Shown: one piece after another, positions 9,426-20,030 of the stretch
Numbering within the stretch: the first letter of the stretch is position 1
Layout: each line of letters starts with the position of its first letter
DNA from: Amphiscolops sp. MND2022
Taxonomy: Eukaryota
Direction of reading: 5' to 3'
Assembly (NCBI GenBank): GCA_964187785.1
Contig: OZ076409.1
Span: 84,818,001-84,882,000, forward strand
DNA: 64,000 bases
Position numbers and translations under genes: made by a program
Notes under the pieces: model-generated
What the model was told of the DNA's origin: nothing
What the model saw: the letters and a program-made list of their open reading frames with translations, nothing else
The model's database searches: none

Positions 9426-12400
9426 CTAGGCGTGAGTTTGACGTAGTTCTTCCGTCGTAGCTGAGTCTAGCATTCTGAAGTCAGGATCCACGTTAGGTTT
9501 CGGATTAGGTCTTAGATTGTATCGACCTACTTTCCTAGGGTTATATCCAACGACTATAGGAGGTAGTTCAGGCGTTTTGGGCGGGCTTTCTAGAGGCGGT
9601 GGTGTTAGTATATAGGGATTGTCACTGACATCCAGATTAAATGACGTTACGTTGTCGGGGGGTGTTTTGTCTCCTTCGGCTGTTGTATTTGTGGCTGTTT
9701 GAGCCACGTCATTTTCCGTTGTAATCTCGCTTGTGGTTGTTTGAACCACGTCATTTTGCGTTGTATGTTCGTCACTTTCGATTGTATCTGTGATCTCTGT
9801 GATTGTAGTTTCTTCTTTGGCGTTTTCCGTTGTGTCTCCGAACAGAACTTCTCCGAATTCGGTTTCCCAAGCTTGCGCGTACCAATCATTGTGGGTTGTT
9901 TTAACCTCTGGATCTGGAAGATAATCTTCCCTTCTGACTGTTACGTCAGGTACTCGCTGATTGGGCGCATATAGCCTTAGGCGAATTCTATGGAGGGTTT
10001 GCGTGTAGCGGGTTCCCGTGCGGCGTACGACGTAGTTGTTGTTGGACAGTACTTTGACGATTATGTACGGACCCGTCCAGATGCAATCTTTGAAAGCGAG
10101 TTTCATTGACTGGTTGTCAGCTTTCGGATTCAAGACGTAGCAGTAGTCATTCACTTTGAGTGGTGTTGCAGTCGCTTTCTTGTCGTAGTATTGTTTGTAC
10201 TTGAGATATGACTGCATGAGATTGTCTTTAGCTGCTTGTTGTATCTCAGCTATCTGCTTCTGTAGTTGATCCGTTAGTTCGTCGTTGTTGTCTTTTTTCC
10301 ATTCCGGCTTTAGTCCCAGTTTGATGTCTAGGATGTTATACGGGATGCGTCCGTGGAACACTGTTGTAGGTTCGCAGCCTAAACTTTCATGGTAGCTTGT
10401 ATTGTAATTCATGACTGCTATTTGGACATATTTGTGCCACATGGATCGTCGTTCTCCCGTCGATATCTTTAGGGAGGTTTTTAAAGAGGCATGAGTTCTT
10501 TCTAGGATGCCAATGGTTTGAGCGTGTTTCGTCGTTGCGTGGCTTATTCGCATATCGAGTGTTCGTGCTATTTGGTCGACTATTTCTGATCTGAATTGTG
10601 ATCCTTTATCTGTTAGTATAACGGTCGGTAGGTAGCAGTGTCGTGTCATGACGTCTATTATGCAGCGTGCGACTGTTTTTGCTGTCATGTCCTGTGTCGG
10701 GTATGCGAAAAGATAACGAGAGAAGACGTCCATCATCGTGACGATGTGCTGATATCCATTGGAGGATGGTAGATTTGGTAGTATATCTACTTCTAGGCAA
10801 TCTTCTGGTCCCAATGTGAATTCAGTGTTGCTCAGCATTTTGGGACGTATCTGTCGCGTGTCGATTCTTTTGTTGGCGATGCAGTCTGGGCAACTGGTAA
10901 CCCAGGCGCGGATTTTTCGTGCGAGTCCCGGGAAATAGTATTTGGCTCGGCATTCTTGTATCATCTTTGTTATTCCTGGATGTTTATTTGTCTTGCCATG
11001 TAGTGTTGATAGGAGTTCTGGTACAAGGTGTTTAGGAATGATGACTTGATTGTGCGTGACTGATCCGTCCTCACCGTAGTATTTGCGCATTAGTACCCCA
11101 TCTTTCATGATGATTCTTTCTTCGTGGCGCAGTAGGTGGCGTCCTCGTGGTTCAGTCTTTAGTAGGTGTTTGTCGTATTCTTCGTGCGACACCCGTTGTT
11201 TTAACGCTTTCAGTAGGGGGTCTGCATCTTGTTCGTTTCTGATTCGTGCGTTTTCTTTGATCGCTCCGAATGCATATACTGCGGAGTTGAGGGGTATTTT
11301 GATGACTTCGGTGACTGGTAGAAAGATCTTTTTATGTTCGTCATTGGCACGTTGTTTGCTGAGGGCTTTCCTAGCGAAGATTTCTTGTTCTGATTCTTCC
11401 TCTTCATCTGGGAGGAAGAAAAGTTGTTCTTCATCCGCTACATCCGATGATTGTAGGTTTACTTCTATCGGTGCCGTAAGTATGTCGTCTCGTAATTTCA
11501 GTTGTACTTTCTCTTTAGGTGTGAGTTCAAGTCTTGAGAGGAAGTCTGCTGCCGTATTTTGTGACCCTGCTACGTGCATGATGCGGAAATTAAATTGGAG
11601 TACATAGTCGCAGGCATTCCAAAGTGCAGGTGGTGTAGTTTTCGTTTGGAAAAATCGTGTGACTGAACGGTTGTCAGTTAAAACTAGTGTCGGTATTGTC
11701 GTTTCCCATAATATATGGCTGTATTCGAGGAAGGCGTGATATATGGCTAGAAATTCTTTGCAATAGATTGACATTTTCAGTTGTGCTGGTGAAAAAACAC
11801 GGGATCCAAACGCGACAGGTGCGAAGGTTTTCTTTTTGGATAGTATTTTCTTTTCATCGTTTTCTTCTATCATGAGGGCATAGCCTGATGCGCGAAAACT
11901 TGCGTCTGTCATGAGAACGTATTGCTTTCCTGCTAAGGGCTGTCGGAGCGCGAGGCCACATGCTTCTGCTAGGCTGTCATTGATTTCTTTGAAGTTGTCG
12001 ACGAGTTCTTCGGATATTTTGATCTTGGCGTCGGCCTTTAGGAGTTCGTACATGCCTATGAGTTTTTCGGACAGGCGGGGTATGTAATTGCGATAATAAT
12101 TGACGAATCCGATGTATTTTTGAACCTGTTTTTTGGACTTGGGGAATCGGACTTTAGAAAGGAAGTTTTTGACTTTCTGGTCTTGCGGTGCTATTCCGTC
12201 TGGGGTGATGGTTCTGCCGAGGAATTCAACTTGTGTAACTCCGAAATGACATTTTTCGATTGTCAATTTCAGGCCTGCTTGTCTGATGCATTTGAAAACT
12301 GCTCTAATGTTTTTGATGAGTTGTTCCGTCGTGTTTGCGGCAATACCAATGTCATCTACATACTGTGCACACTGATCTGCTTTGATGACTGCGTCGAGGT

Positions 12401-14669
12401 ACTCTCGCATGAAGCTTGAGAAGGCTGAGAGGGCTCTACTTAGTCCTTGGGCTAGGCGCCGGTAGGCGAACGTTCTACTAGCAAAGTTAAAAGCAAGTAA
12501 TTCTACTGACCTTTGATCTGCCATTTGAAGGCAGTGGTACGCTTGGGAGCAGTCGAGTTTGCAGAAAAGTTTTTTCCCAGCTAGGTGTTGTGCTGCATCT
12601 GAGAGGGTGCTGACGGGGTGGTTGTTGTTGATGTAGTCATCTGCTATGAGAGCGTTGATTTTGCGCAGATCCACCAGTAGTCTCAGTTTGCCGTTGGGTT
12701 TCCGTTGTGCAAATATAGGACTGGCGTACTTGGAGAAGGGGAGTGTCGTGATGATGCCGTATTTGTGCATGAGGGCCAGCTCTACTGTCAGGTCTTCTTT
12801 GAGATTGATTGGGACTGGTAGACTCTGGGTGTATACTGGTTTATCATCTCTTGGTGTGAGGCTGACTTTGAATTGCGTGTTCATTCCGATGTCGAGACGG
12901 TGGCGGGCAAATATGTCGTTAAATTCGACTAGTGTGGTTTCAAGGTTTTCACGGTCTTTGCCCGTAATTAGTGAGTCTGTCCATTTGAATAACGAAAGGA
13001 ATTTTTGTCGAGATTCGGCGTTTTCAGTTGGATCTAGTTTTTCTAGTTCGGCAAGTTCTCGTAGTTCTTTCAAAATTCGTTTTTGTATGGTGGTGTGTTC
13101 TTGTTCATTGCCAGGGTTGTCTGGGGTTGGGAACCAGAATTTTTCTTCGATATCTTCGGGTTTGTCGACTTGCATAAGTGCGTTGATGTATGTGACTACA
13201 TCATCGTGCTCTGTTAGGAGGTTGAGTGCATCGATGTCCACAGGCCGTATCAGTTTCGTTTCTTCTGGTTTGAGGATTTGTAGTTCCGCGATTTTGGTGT
13301 CTGGAGCTATCGTGTAGGGGAAGTCTGTTGTGTTGGCGACCTTGATTGCTACTTTCTTGTTTCTGGCTGTTGTGATTGCTGGGGCTACTATTAGTTTTGA
13401 GTTTTCGTCGAATTGTGGTAGGGGCTGGATTGTCCCTGTGATGGTGTGTTCTGTTGTCACGGGTATCACTGCGTATATTATTCGCGTTGCTTGTGCTGGT
13501 ATAGTATGTTTCGCTTCCGTTTTAATGGTGATAGGTTTCAGATTGCATTTTTGCATTTCGTCTGTGAGTGCCATCGTAATTTGAATCTTCGGGAAGTCAA
13601 TTGTTCCCTGCGCAGTGTCAAGAATTGCGGCATGTTTCCGTAGGAATGCTAGTCCGATGATGGGGAAAGACATCTGGTTCATGACAATGAACGTTTCCTC
13701 AAAGGTATAGTTGCCAATTTTGAAACGTAATGTATACGTTGCCAGAGGTTGCTCGAGTTCAGCATTAGCATATTGTACCTTGAAAGGGGGTGGGGGTGCC
13801 TTGTGTATGATGCACTGGTTTGCATCTTGTCGGAGTTTTTCGGCGTCTCTTTCACTAATGGCGTTGATGTATGCACCTGAGTCGACGAGGGCGTCTATTT
13901 TGACGGAATTGAAGTCTACTGGTAAGAAAAGCATTCGTTTTTTCTTTTTCAGTGTAATTGCTGACATTAGCGGAATGTAGTCGTCATCTTTGTCATGTTG
14001 TATGAATTCCTTGATGACGTCTAGGTCGTCGGGTAGTGATGTTGGGTATTCTATTTCTGCATCGTTGCTTCTCGTCATCGCTGTGGCTGGTGCTGTCTGT
14101 GTGGGCGGTGGAGATGATGAATCAATGGTTGGGTCTTCAGTCTTCTGTTGCCACAACGTTTTATCTTCGATGCAAATGATGTCCTCTGCGTTTATGGGCG
14201 TGGACGTGACGGTGACGGGCACTGTTGGGGAAGGTCCTGGGTTCTTCAATATTGGGGAGGGCGGTGGTGGAAAGTGATGTGTTTCTCTGGGCTGGGGCTG
14301 TGGGTTTGGTATCTGGATTTTGAAAGCAAGTTTGTTGTGGTCGTATATGTGGGGGTTGTCCCAAGGATCACATCTGTAGTCCACGTCATATATGTATGTT
14401 CGTTCGGTTTTGGATTCTGGCAGAGGTCGTTTCAGTGTGGCATAATTGTCGGGCGACTCCGTTATCCATTGGGGTAGTGGTATTGGGTCTTCTGGGTGTC
14501 GTGCATTGTGTCTAAGTATCATGCCTACGTTCCAACGACGTTGCCAGTCCTGTGTCGGTTCTTCGTTGCATTCTGTGAAAAAATCTTCCTCATATCTGTT
14601 TGGGGGGTCTTCGATGGTGTACGCCCTCGCGTCTACTTTTTCCCCGAACCGTAGACGCGGCGATTTTAG
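9426..14669 (-). CDS. pol: Pol polyprotein of element A (aspartic protease, RT, RNase H, integrase), expressed by -1 frameshift
   Basis: Motifs LVDSGA, YVDD, TDAS, H..H/CPDC zinc motif, VDIL..TDKGSQF..ILERTH (DDE) and WTGPY. The frame stays open upstream of the first ATG (14522) to the slippery site. Confidence 0.96.
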   Translation of the reverse strand, partial: LKSPRLRFGEKVDARAYTIEDPPNRYEEDFFTECNEEPTQDWQRRWNVGMILRHNARHPEDPIPLPQWITESPDNYATLKRPLPESKTERTYIYDVDYRCDPWDNPHIYDHNKLAFKIQIPNPQPQPRETHHFPPPPSPILKNPGPSPTVPVTVTSTPINAEDIICIEDKTLWQQKTEDPTIDSSSPPPTQTAPATAMTRSNDAEIEYPTSLPDDLDVIKEFIQHDKDDDYIPLMSAITLKKKKRMLFLPVDFNSVKIDALVDSGAYINAISERDAEKLRQDANQCIIHKAPPPPFKVQYANAELEQPLATYTLRFKIGNYTFEETFIVMNQMSFPIIGLAFLRKHAAILDTAQGTIDFPKIQITMALTDEMQKCNLKPITIKTEAKHTIPAQATRIIYAVIPVTTEHTITGTIQPLPQFDENSKLIVAPAITTARNKKVAIKVANTTDFPYTIAPDTKIAELQILKPEETKLIRPVDIDALNLLTEHDDVVTYINALMQVDKPEDIEEKFWFPTPDNPGNEQEHTTIQKRILKELRELAELEKLDPTENAESRQKFLSLFKWTDSLITGKDRENLETTLVEFNDIFARHRLDIGMNTQFKVSLTPRDDKPVYTQSLPVPINLKEDLTVELALMHKYGIITTLPFSKYASPIFAQRKPNGKLRLLVDLRKINALIADDYINNNHPVSTLSDAAQHLAGKKLFCKLDCSQAYHCLQMADQRSVELLAFNFASRTFAYRRLAQGLSRALSAFSSFMREYLDAVIKADQCAQYVDDIGIAANTTEQLIKNIRAVFKCIRQAGLKLTIEKCHFGVTQVEFLGRTITPDGIAPQDQKVKNFLSKVRFPKSKKQVQKYIGFVNYYRNYIPRLSEKLIGMYELLKADAKIKISEELVDNFKEINDSLAEACGLALRQPLAGKQYVLMTDASFRASGYALMIEENDEKKILSKKKTFAPVAFGSRVFSPAQLKMSIYCKEFLAIYHAFLEYSHILWETTIPTLVLTDNRSVTRFFQTKTTPPALWNACDYVLQFNFRIMHVAGSQNTAADFLSRLELTPKEKVQLKLRDDILTAPIEVNLQSSDVADEEQLFFLPDEEEESEQEIFARKALSKQRANDEHKKIFLPVTEVIKIPLNSAVYAFGAIKENARIRNEQDADPLLKALKQRVSHEEYDKHLLKTEPRGRHLLRHEERIIMKDGVLMRKYYGEDGSVTHNQVIIPKHLVPELLSTLHGKTNKHPGITKMIQECRAKYYFPGLARKIRAWVTSCPDCIANKRIDTRQIRPKMLSNTEFTLGPEDCLEVDILPNLPSSNGYQHIVTMMDVFSRYLFAYPTQDMTAKTVARCIIDVMTRHCYLPTVILTDKGSQFRSEIVDQIARTLDMRISHATTKHAQTIGILERTHASLKTSLKISTGERRSMWHKYVQIAVMNYNTSYHESLGCEPTTVFHGRIPYNILDIKLGLKPEWKKDNNDELTDQLQKQIAEIQQAAKDNLMQSYLKYKQYYDKKATATPLKVNDYCYVLNPKADNQSMKLAFKDCIWTGPYIIVKVLSNNNYVVRRTGTRYTQTLHRIRLRLYAPNQRVPDVTVRREDYLPDPEVKTTHNDWYAQAWETEFGEVLFGDTTENAKEETTITEITDTIESDEHTTQNDVVQTTTSEITTENDVAQTATNTTAEGDKTPPDNVTSFNLDVSDNPYILTPPPLESPPKTPELPPIVVGYNPRKVGRYNLRPNPKPNVDPDFRMLDSATTEELRQTHA

Positions 14670-14675
14670 TTTTTT
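14622..14675 (-). promoter_or_regulatory. Programmed -1 ribosomal frameshift signal (A AAA AAC + stem-loop)
   Basis: Heptamer at 14675-14669 just before the gag TAA. Perfect 9-bp stem cgcgtctac/gtagacgcg (14659-14651 with 14636-14628). The -1 frame is the pol frame. Confidence 0.85.
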
Positions 14676-16075
14676 GTTTGGGTGTTGGCGGTGGGGACAG
14701 GGGCGTCACTGATTTTGTCCGTGGGGATGGTGAATTCCCTCTTCTTTCGTCTGGGGTCATTTGCCGCATTTGCTCCGTTCCAACAATTCTCGGTTTTGTG
14801 CATTTTTCCACATGTATTGCACTTGGGTTTGGGGGCTTCGGTTTGGTTTAAGTCTTTGGTAGGAGGTTTGGCGTTGTTGTAGCGTTCTCTCTGGAGCCTG
14901 CGACACTGTGCTTTATAGTGGCCGTATTTTCCGCAGTGGAAACAATGACCTCGTTGTTGTTGGTCTTTTTTGTCTTCCGTCACTACAGCGTCCACTGTGT
15001 TGAGTGGGACTAGGGTGGTTTCATCGGGCGCTCCTAGTCCGTTTAATCGCATTTCCCGTTCGAGGTGGAGAATTATATCATTGTAGGGTTTATCCTCCAA
15101 GTATGCCCTGTTGAGTATCTTTTTTACGTGGTCGGGCATTTTGGCGTAGATTGCGTTGTCGATGAATTTCTGTGCTTCAGAGCCAAACGCTTCTTTGGCG
15201 GTTTTTTGTAGGACATCAAGGAATTCGTGTAATTTTTGTTTGGTGGGGTCAAAGTGGAGTGCGTCCCACTCGCATCTTGCTTTGGCGGAGGATTGAAAAT
15301 CGCCAAAACGTCGTTTGAAAGCCGTTATGACTTCTTCCAGATTGTCTTTTTTAGTGTCGTCTAAGTTGCAGTACGCTTGAAGTGCGTTCCCGCGTAGTAG
15401 TGAGTGGAAATAGTTGATTTTTTGGATTTCCGTCAAGTGGGGATACATTTTAATATTGTTTCGGAACAAGTCCTCAAAAAGTTCAAATTTTTCGGACTTA
15501 CCATCGAAAACTGGAAGCGAAGCTGTGAGGGCTTTCGGCATCGGAAGTGGGTGGGCAGATGGGAACGTCTGCGGTTGTGGTGCGAACAGTATCTTTGACG
15601 TGGATGGTCGGTCTTTTGGTTGTTCGCTGAGTATACGTTGTGCTTTTGGTCTTTTGGTGGGTTGGTTAGTGGAATCAATGAGGACTCCTGTCACCATGTT
15701 ACGACTATTGTTCGGTGTTGTTTTAGAACTAGTCGCAGTTTGTGTTTTGACTGGGGTGGACGTTCCTGCTACGGAGATGTTTTCTTGGTCAGAATCAGAA
15801 TCTTGCAAGTTCGGATTAACTGAACGTTTCTTGCTCGCAGGTGCTATTAATTTGAGCATTTCCTTTTGATTTTCAGCTAATATTTTTGTTAGATCAGTCA
15901 TTATCTCTTTCCTCAGTGTTGTTTTTATTTCCTCCAGATTTTCAAGTTCAAGTCTAGGGTTTTTACTAGAGCTAGGTATCAGGTTCTCAGTGGAGTTATT
16001 TTCAGTTAGAGAAGCTTCAAAATCTCCCGACGCTAACTCGGCTATAGCTTTTCTCTTCTGGCTCCTTGTCGTCAT
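14666..16075 (-). CDS. gag: Gag of element A (~469 aa) starting inside the 5' LTR
   Basis: Capsid-like FDGKSEKFELFEDLF..., zinc knuckles CFHCGKYGHYKAQC and CNTCGKMHKTENC; first ATG at 16075 (MTTRSQKRK). Confidence 0.92.
   Translation of the reverse strand: MTTRSQKRKAIAELASGDFEASLTENNSTENLIPSSSKNPRLELENLEEIKTTLRKEIMTDLTKILAENQKEMLKLIAPASKKRSVNPNLQDSDSDQENISVAGTSTPVKTQTATSSKTTPNNSRNMVTGVLIDSTNQPTKRPKAQRILSEQPKDRPSTSKILFAPQPQTFPSAHPLPMPKALTASLPVFDGKSEKFELFEDLFRNNIKMYPHLTEIQKINYFHSLLRGNALQAYCNLDDTKKDNLEEVITAFKRRFGDFQSSAKARCEWDALHFDPTKQKLHEFLDVLQKTAKEAFGSEAQKFIDNAIYAKMPDHVKKILNRAYLEDKPYNDIILHLEREMRLNGLGAPDETTLVPLNTVDAVVTEDKKDQQQRGHCFHCGKYGHYKAQCRRLQRERYNNAKPPTKDLNQTEAPKPKCNTCGKMHKTENCWNGANAANDPRRKKREFTIPTDKISDAPVPTANTQTKN
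15684..15696 (-). other. Primer-binding site of element A (TGGTGACAGGAGT; possibly tRNA-Leu)
   Basis: Directly follows the 5' LTR CA; the same TGGTGACAGGA is in element B. tRNA identity inferred from resemblance to the Leu-type PBS TGGTGTCAGGAGT. Confidence 0.75.
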
Positions 16076-18041
16076 TTTCAAAGTTAAGATATCAGAGTCT
16101 TTGGCAAGAATTAAATTCTTCAAAGAAATTTTGGGTTTTCGTAATTTCAACGAGCAACAAAATTTTGAAACAAATTCAAGTTCAACTAAAAATACATGTC
16201 CTTTCTACATATTTATACCTTCTTAGCATCATTTGTTCCTCACCTAAAAATTCCTAGGAATCCTAAAAATCGGGTTTGTTCAACAAAATTCGCCGATGAT
16301 TCAAATTATTTCAGTCTGGCGTCATAAATTCAGGTATCGAAATTCCTAGTTGCGTCAACATTCCGTGAGACTTTGTTGAAATCATTTTTGTTCAGATAAT
16401 CCATTTCCTGTTTGGTCTTCAAAACCGCGGTAAAATAGAAATCTAACTGACATTTTCATCGGCGCAAGCACGACGGCGTGAACTATTAGTCAATATTCAA
16501 CTCAAGGAGTTGGAATTTTGAGGAAAAAGATGATGTTCAAAAATGGCGACGGAAACGATACGTCGCTGAAAATTCGCCGTTGAGAATATTTGAAATGAGA
16601 AACAAATGATGCTAATGGACATTAAGACAGACTGACTTCAGTATACAACAAACTTGAAATCCAACATAAAAATTGACTTGGGTTACGGGAATACTCCGTA
16701 TCATGTCCCAAATACTAACTAACTGCAACAGCACAAGAATAAAACAATGTAACAAAGGCATTTCAAAACTGGTACAAATCCGAAATTGCTTTCGGGATCA
16801 TTCATTCATCATTATATTTAGGGTTAGGTTATAAAATTAGCATCAAACAGACATCAGTATAATTTACGTATACACTTCGTGACTTGGAATTAGGTCCTGA
16901 GTAGTACAGCTTTTATCATACAGAAAACATGACGTAAGTTTACGAGGATTAGTGCAAAATTCATCACCATCAACTGACTATAAACTGCAAAAAGGCATTG
17001 GCATGAATTACGGGTACACTCCGTAATATAGTATTTAAGAAGTATAGCAATGGCGTAGTAAATTAGTATAGAACTCAGGGCATTACTATTTTGTTCTTCT
17101 CATAATCCTTCCTTACAGAGCAGCTGTTTTCCTCTAAAACTTAATCAAGAAATTCCTTAGCTAATAATGAACCTGGAAAAATTCTCTTAAACTTTCATTC
17201 GTTCCATTCTTCCCTAACTATATGTTCTCAAATCACTCCGTAAATGCTTCGTATGTATTAAGATTGCTTATAGTAGAGAGGTGGACTACAATTTTACAAT
17301 TCGCCACGTAACTGCTACGTACGTATAAAGATTGCTTATAGCTAGTAGGTCAGAGCAGACAGAAAGCGAGCGGAACGCGTAGGCGAATTCATTCTTTCTC
17401 TCTTATTCTGATTGGCGTTGCTAGGGGCAACCGAATTCAATACCGCTCGCGCTAGCTAAGAATAATCCTGCCGAGGAGGTGACGTTATTAGTCCGCGAAA
17501 GTGGAATATCTAATTTTAGCTCAGTAGAGTGACGCTGTCATTACGTTGTAAATCCCCTCTTAAGTCACTTGATTGCGCCTTAAGTGGGTATTGACAACTA
17601 CTTTACCACAGAGAACAACAAAACAATTCTGTCTTTTATGTATTTTCCCTTTTAGATCGTATGGATTCCGTTGGGATTGCGGGATTTTAAATGTGTTTTA
17701 TTTTAGTGTGGAGCTGAAGAAAAATCCCTGTTGTTAAATGTCTATTTTGGTATTTAGATCAGTATGGCAAACTTCAGAAGATTAACCGGATATGGAAGAT
17801 CTATTAAGCGTGAAATCTTTTAACCGGAAGTTTTAGCTAAAATTCATTTCCTAAAATATTCCGTGACGCATACGTTAGATTCTTATTCTGAAAAATTATC
17901 TACGAAATAATTTTAGCTGCACTGTAAGTAGAATTATATTAGTTTAGTTAGTATTTTAATGGTACTTGCAGTATCCTCTTCCTCTGCCTCTTCCTAGGGC
18001 GAAACACCATTCACACCCACGACCGGGAGCGGGTCGTGACA
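15697..18041 (-). repeat. Element A 5' LTR (2345 bp)
   Basis: Direct repeat of 1524-3868, followed on the minus strand by the PBS. Confidence 0.97.
16208..16236 (-). promoter_or_regulatory. Putative LTR core promoter (caaatgatgct-N5-ggtataaata)
   Basis: TATAAATA ~135 bp upstream of the gag ATG. The same bipartite motif is conserved in element B LTRs (~31816-31841) although the surrounding LTR DNA is not obviously alignable. Confidence 0.6.
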
Positions 18042-18046
18042 ATTTC

Positions 18047-20030
18047 ATTCTCGCTTTGTTCATTTTAATCCCTCTATGAAATTCCAAGCGAATCATAGTC
18101 CCTGTATACCCTGTATAGTTGCTTGAAGAGGGACTAGTTTGGAAGAAAAAACCTTCTTCAGTACCTGTATTCTTCTTAGTAATTTGCGTTGGTTAGGTTT
18201 CAGTTTTTTCCTCGAGGGCTTTTATATTTTAATACTCATTTTGGGATGTTTCGGGCACGAAGAGGCTTGGGCATCTTTTTCAGAAGGCAAACATTTGTTT
18301 TTAGAATTGTCTTCCTTCATGTTTTTAGCGGATTCGCTTTTAATTGTGAACTGGGGTTAACACCCGAACCCAGCCAGCTAAAGTTTTCATTCTGATCAGC
18401 TTTGTTAGCTGTAGTTTGTGTGCTGACGTCGGTATCTAACCACTTGAGTCGCTGCTGTAGTGTTTCTTCGACTTCGTTTGGAGTGAATTGCGTTGCAATA
18501 TGATCAACTTCTGTATTCCTTTCCAACGTGTGGTCCGTCATTTGACGTAACTGGCGCTTCACCACTCAGCCCGCGATACCAATTAGGCGTTTTGACTCGT
18601 GTATTTAAGTGTTCATCAAAGTTTGCTCCCCACGTTATGGTATATAAATCGCCTTGCTTAAAGATTATTTTGTCATTAGGTTTCGGTTATTCGTTCTGAT
18701 AAAAGTCTGTTAGCGAGTGATCGCGCTCAAATTTTGTAGGTGCAATCTCGGTGTATTATCTGTTTTTTGTTTGTCCTTAGGCGACGTGTCAAATAGATTC
18801 CATTAGGAAAAATTTTTTGGACTAAAAATGGTTCTACCCAACGAACATTGTGAAGTGGCATTTTGGATCCTAGGTTGCCAGCTTTAAGTTGTAGAATGAA
18901 GCAATAGGCGTTTTCCTTGAGCGGAGCTGCTCTTGCTTTACGATCATTATACTCTATGTATTCAAAATACGGGTGCATAATATTTTGATTCGTTTGGTCT
19001 ATCAGGATTTTGGTTACTTTGTAACTCTTCGAAAAAATCAGTAGTAGGAACATTGTGCCCTTTGGGATTGTTGCCAAGTTTATGACGAAGAAAATTATAG
19101 GGGATGCGGCCAGGAACTACTCAGGTCAATTCACATCCGATACCGGCATGATGGCTGTAATATATTTAATTACTGCTAAAGGCAAAATTTTTGCCCTTGT
19201 CGGCAATACTCTCCAAATGCCATTTTGGGACTTGTTTTGAAAAAGACATTTTTTCTCGAGCTTCCAAACCGTTTGCCAATGCTTTGTGGTCGCACAAGCC
19301 TAATTTATAAATTTTGTGTAATGGATGTCGAAAAAGCCGTCTTTGTGTCCGTAATTATATTGGTTGGTAAATTAGCATGTTTGATCATTAGGTCACGGTT
19401 TTTTTTGCTACATTATTTGCTGATGCATCTGTGAGCAGGTATTCAAATAAGTATCACAGGAAGAAACCAATTGCGTTGAAAACGTTTTCATACCCTCCAC
19501 TCGGGTGAAGATTGGGTAACAAATCAAGCTGCATTGCATCTTTGTGGCTGAAGTCCCTTCCGATAAACTCAGTAGTACGTATGAGATTGTGGTTTTTTGT
19601 ACTTTTTCCATTTGCACATGTTGCACTTTTATGAACATTTTTTGACAGTTGGGCTATGAAGTTGGGCTATGCTAGCATGGTAATACTTATCTCTAAGTTC
19701 ATATGAGATGCCATTGAAATGCTTGGGTGTTTGTGGCAGCCAGCTACTGGGAGAGTTTAAAGCAACTCCTGAAAAATTGGAAGAAGTATTTGCTGGTACT
19801 TCACATGTACGGTTTCGTCAAACGATTGTCTAGTCGAAATGATTTCTTTGACTGCAATTCTTTCTAAAATGTTGGCTCAGTGTCGATACCGGACATCTTG
19901 TTGCAGTATGTGTTCAGAGTGTCTTCATGAAAGAGTTTGACTGTGAGGTGTTGTAATACTGCGTCTTTGGATTGCTCGATGATAAATTGATTAGTTTTCC
20001 GGAGAGGTATTTGTGTCTCTGGTTGTACTC
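18047..20030 (-). pseudogene. Decayed integrase/pol 3' region of older gypsy element D
   Basis: DAMQLDLLPNLHPSGGYENVF (~19440-19540) and YNDRKARAAPLKENAYCFILQ...RWVEPFLVQKIFPNGIY (18727-19077) match the integrase of A. Many stops and frameshifts. Confidence 0.85.

Larger units (their letters stand above)
1524..18041 (-). mobile_element. Element A: full-length Ty3/gypsy LTR retrotransposon (16.5 kb) with cargo genes
   Basis: Two 2345-bp LTRs (TG...CA), 5-bp TSD ATTTC at 1519-1523 and 18042-18046, PBS, PPT, intact gag and pol in PR-RT-RH-IN order. Confidence 0.97.

Noticed and set aside
9699..16257. Many plus-strand ORFs overlapping gag/pol of A (e.g. 12646-13317, 11083-11607) and their equivalents in B
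   Set aside because: Antisense shadows of codon-biased pol/gag; no recognisable motifs or independent evidence.
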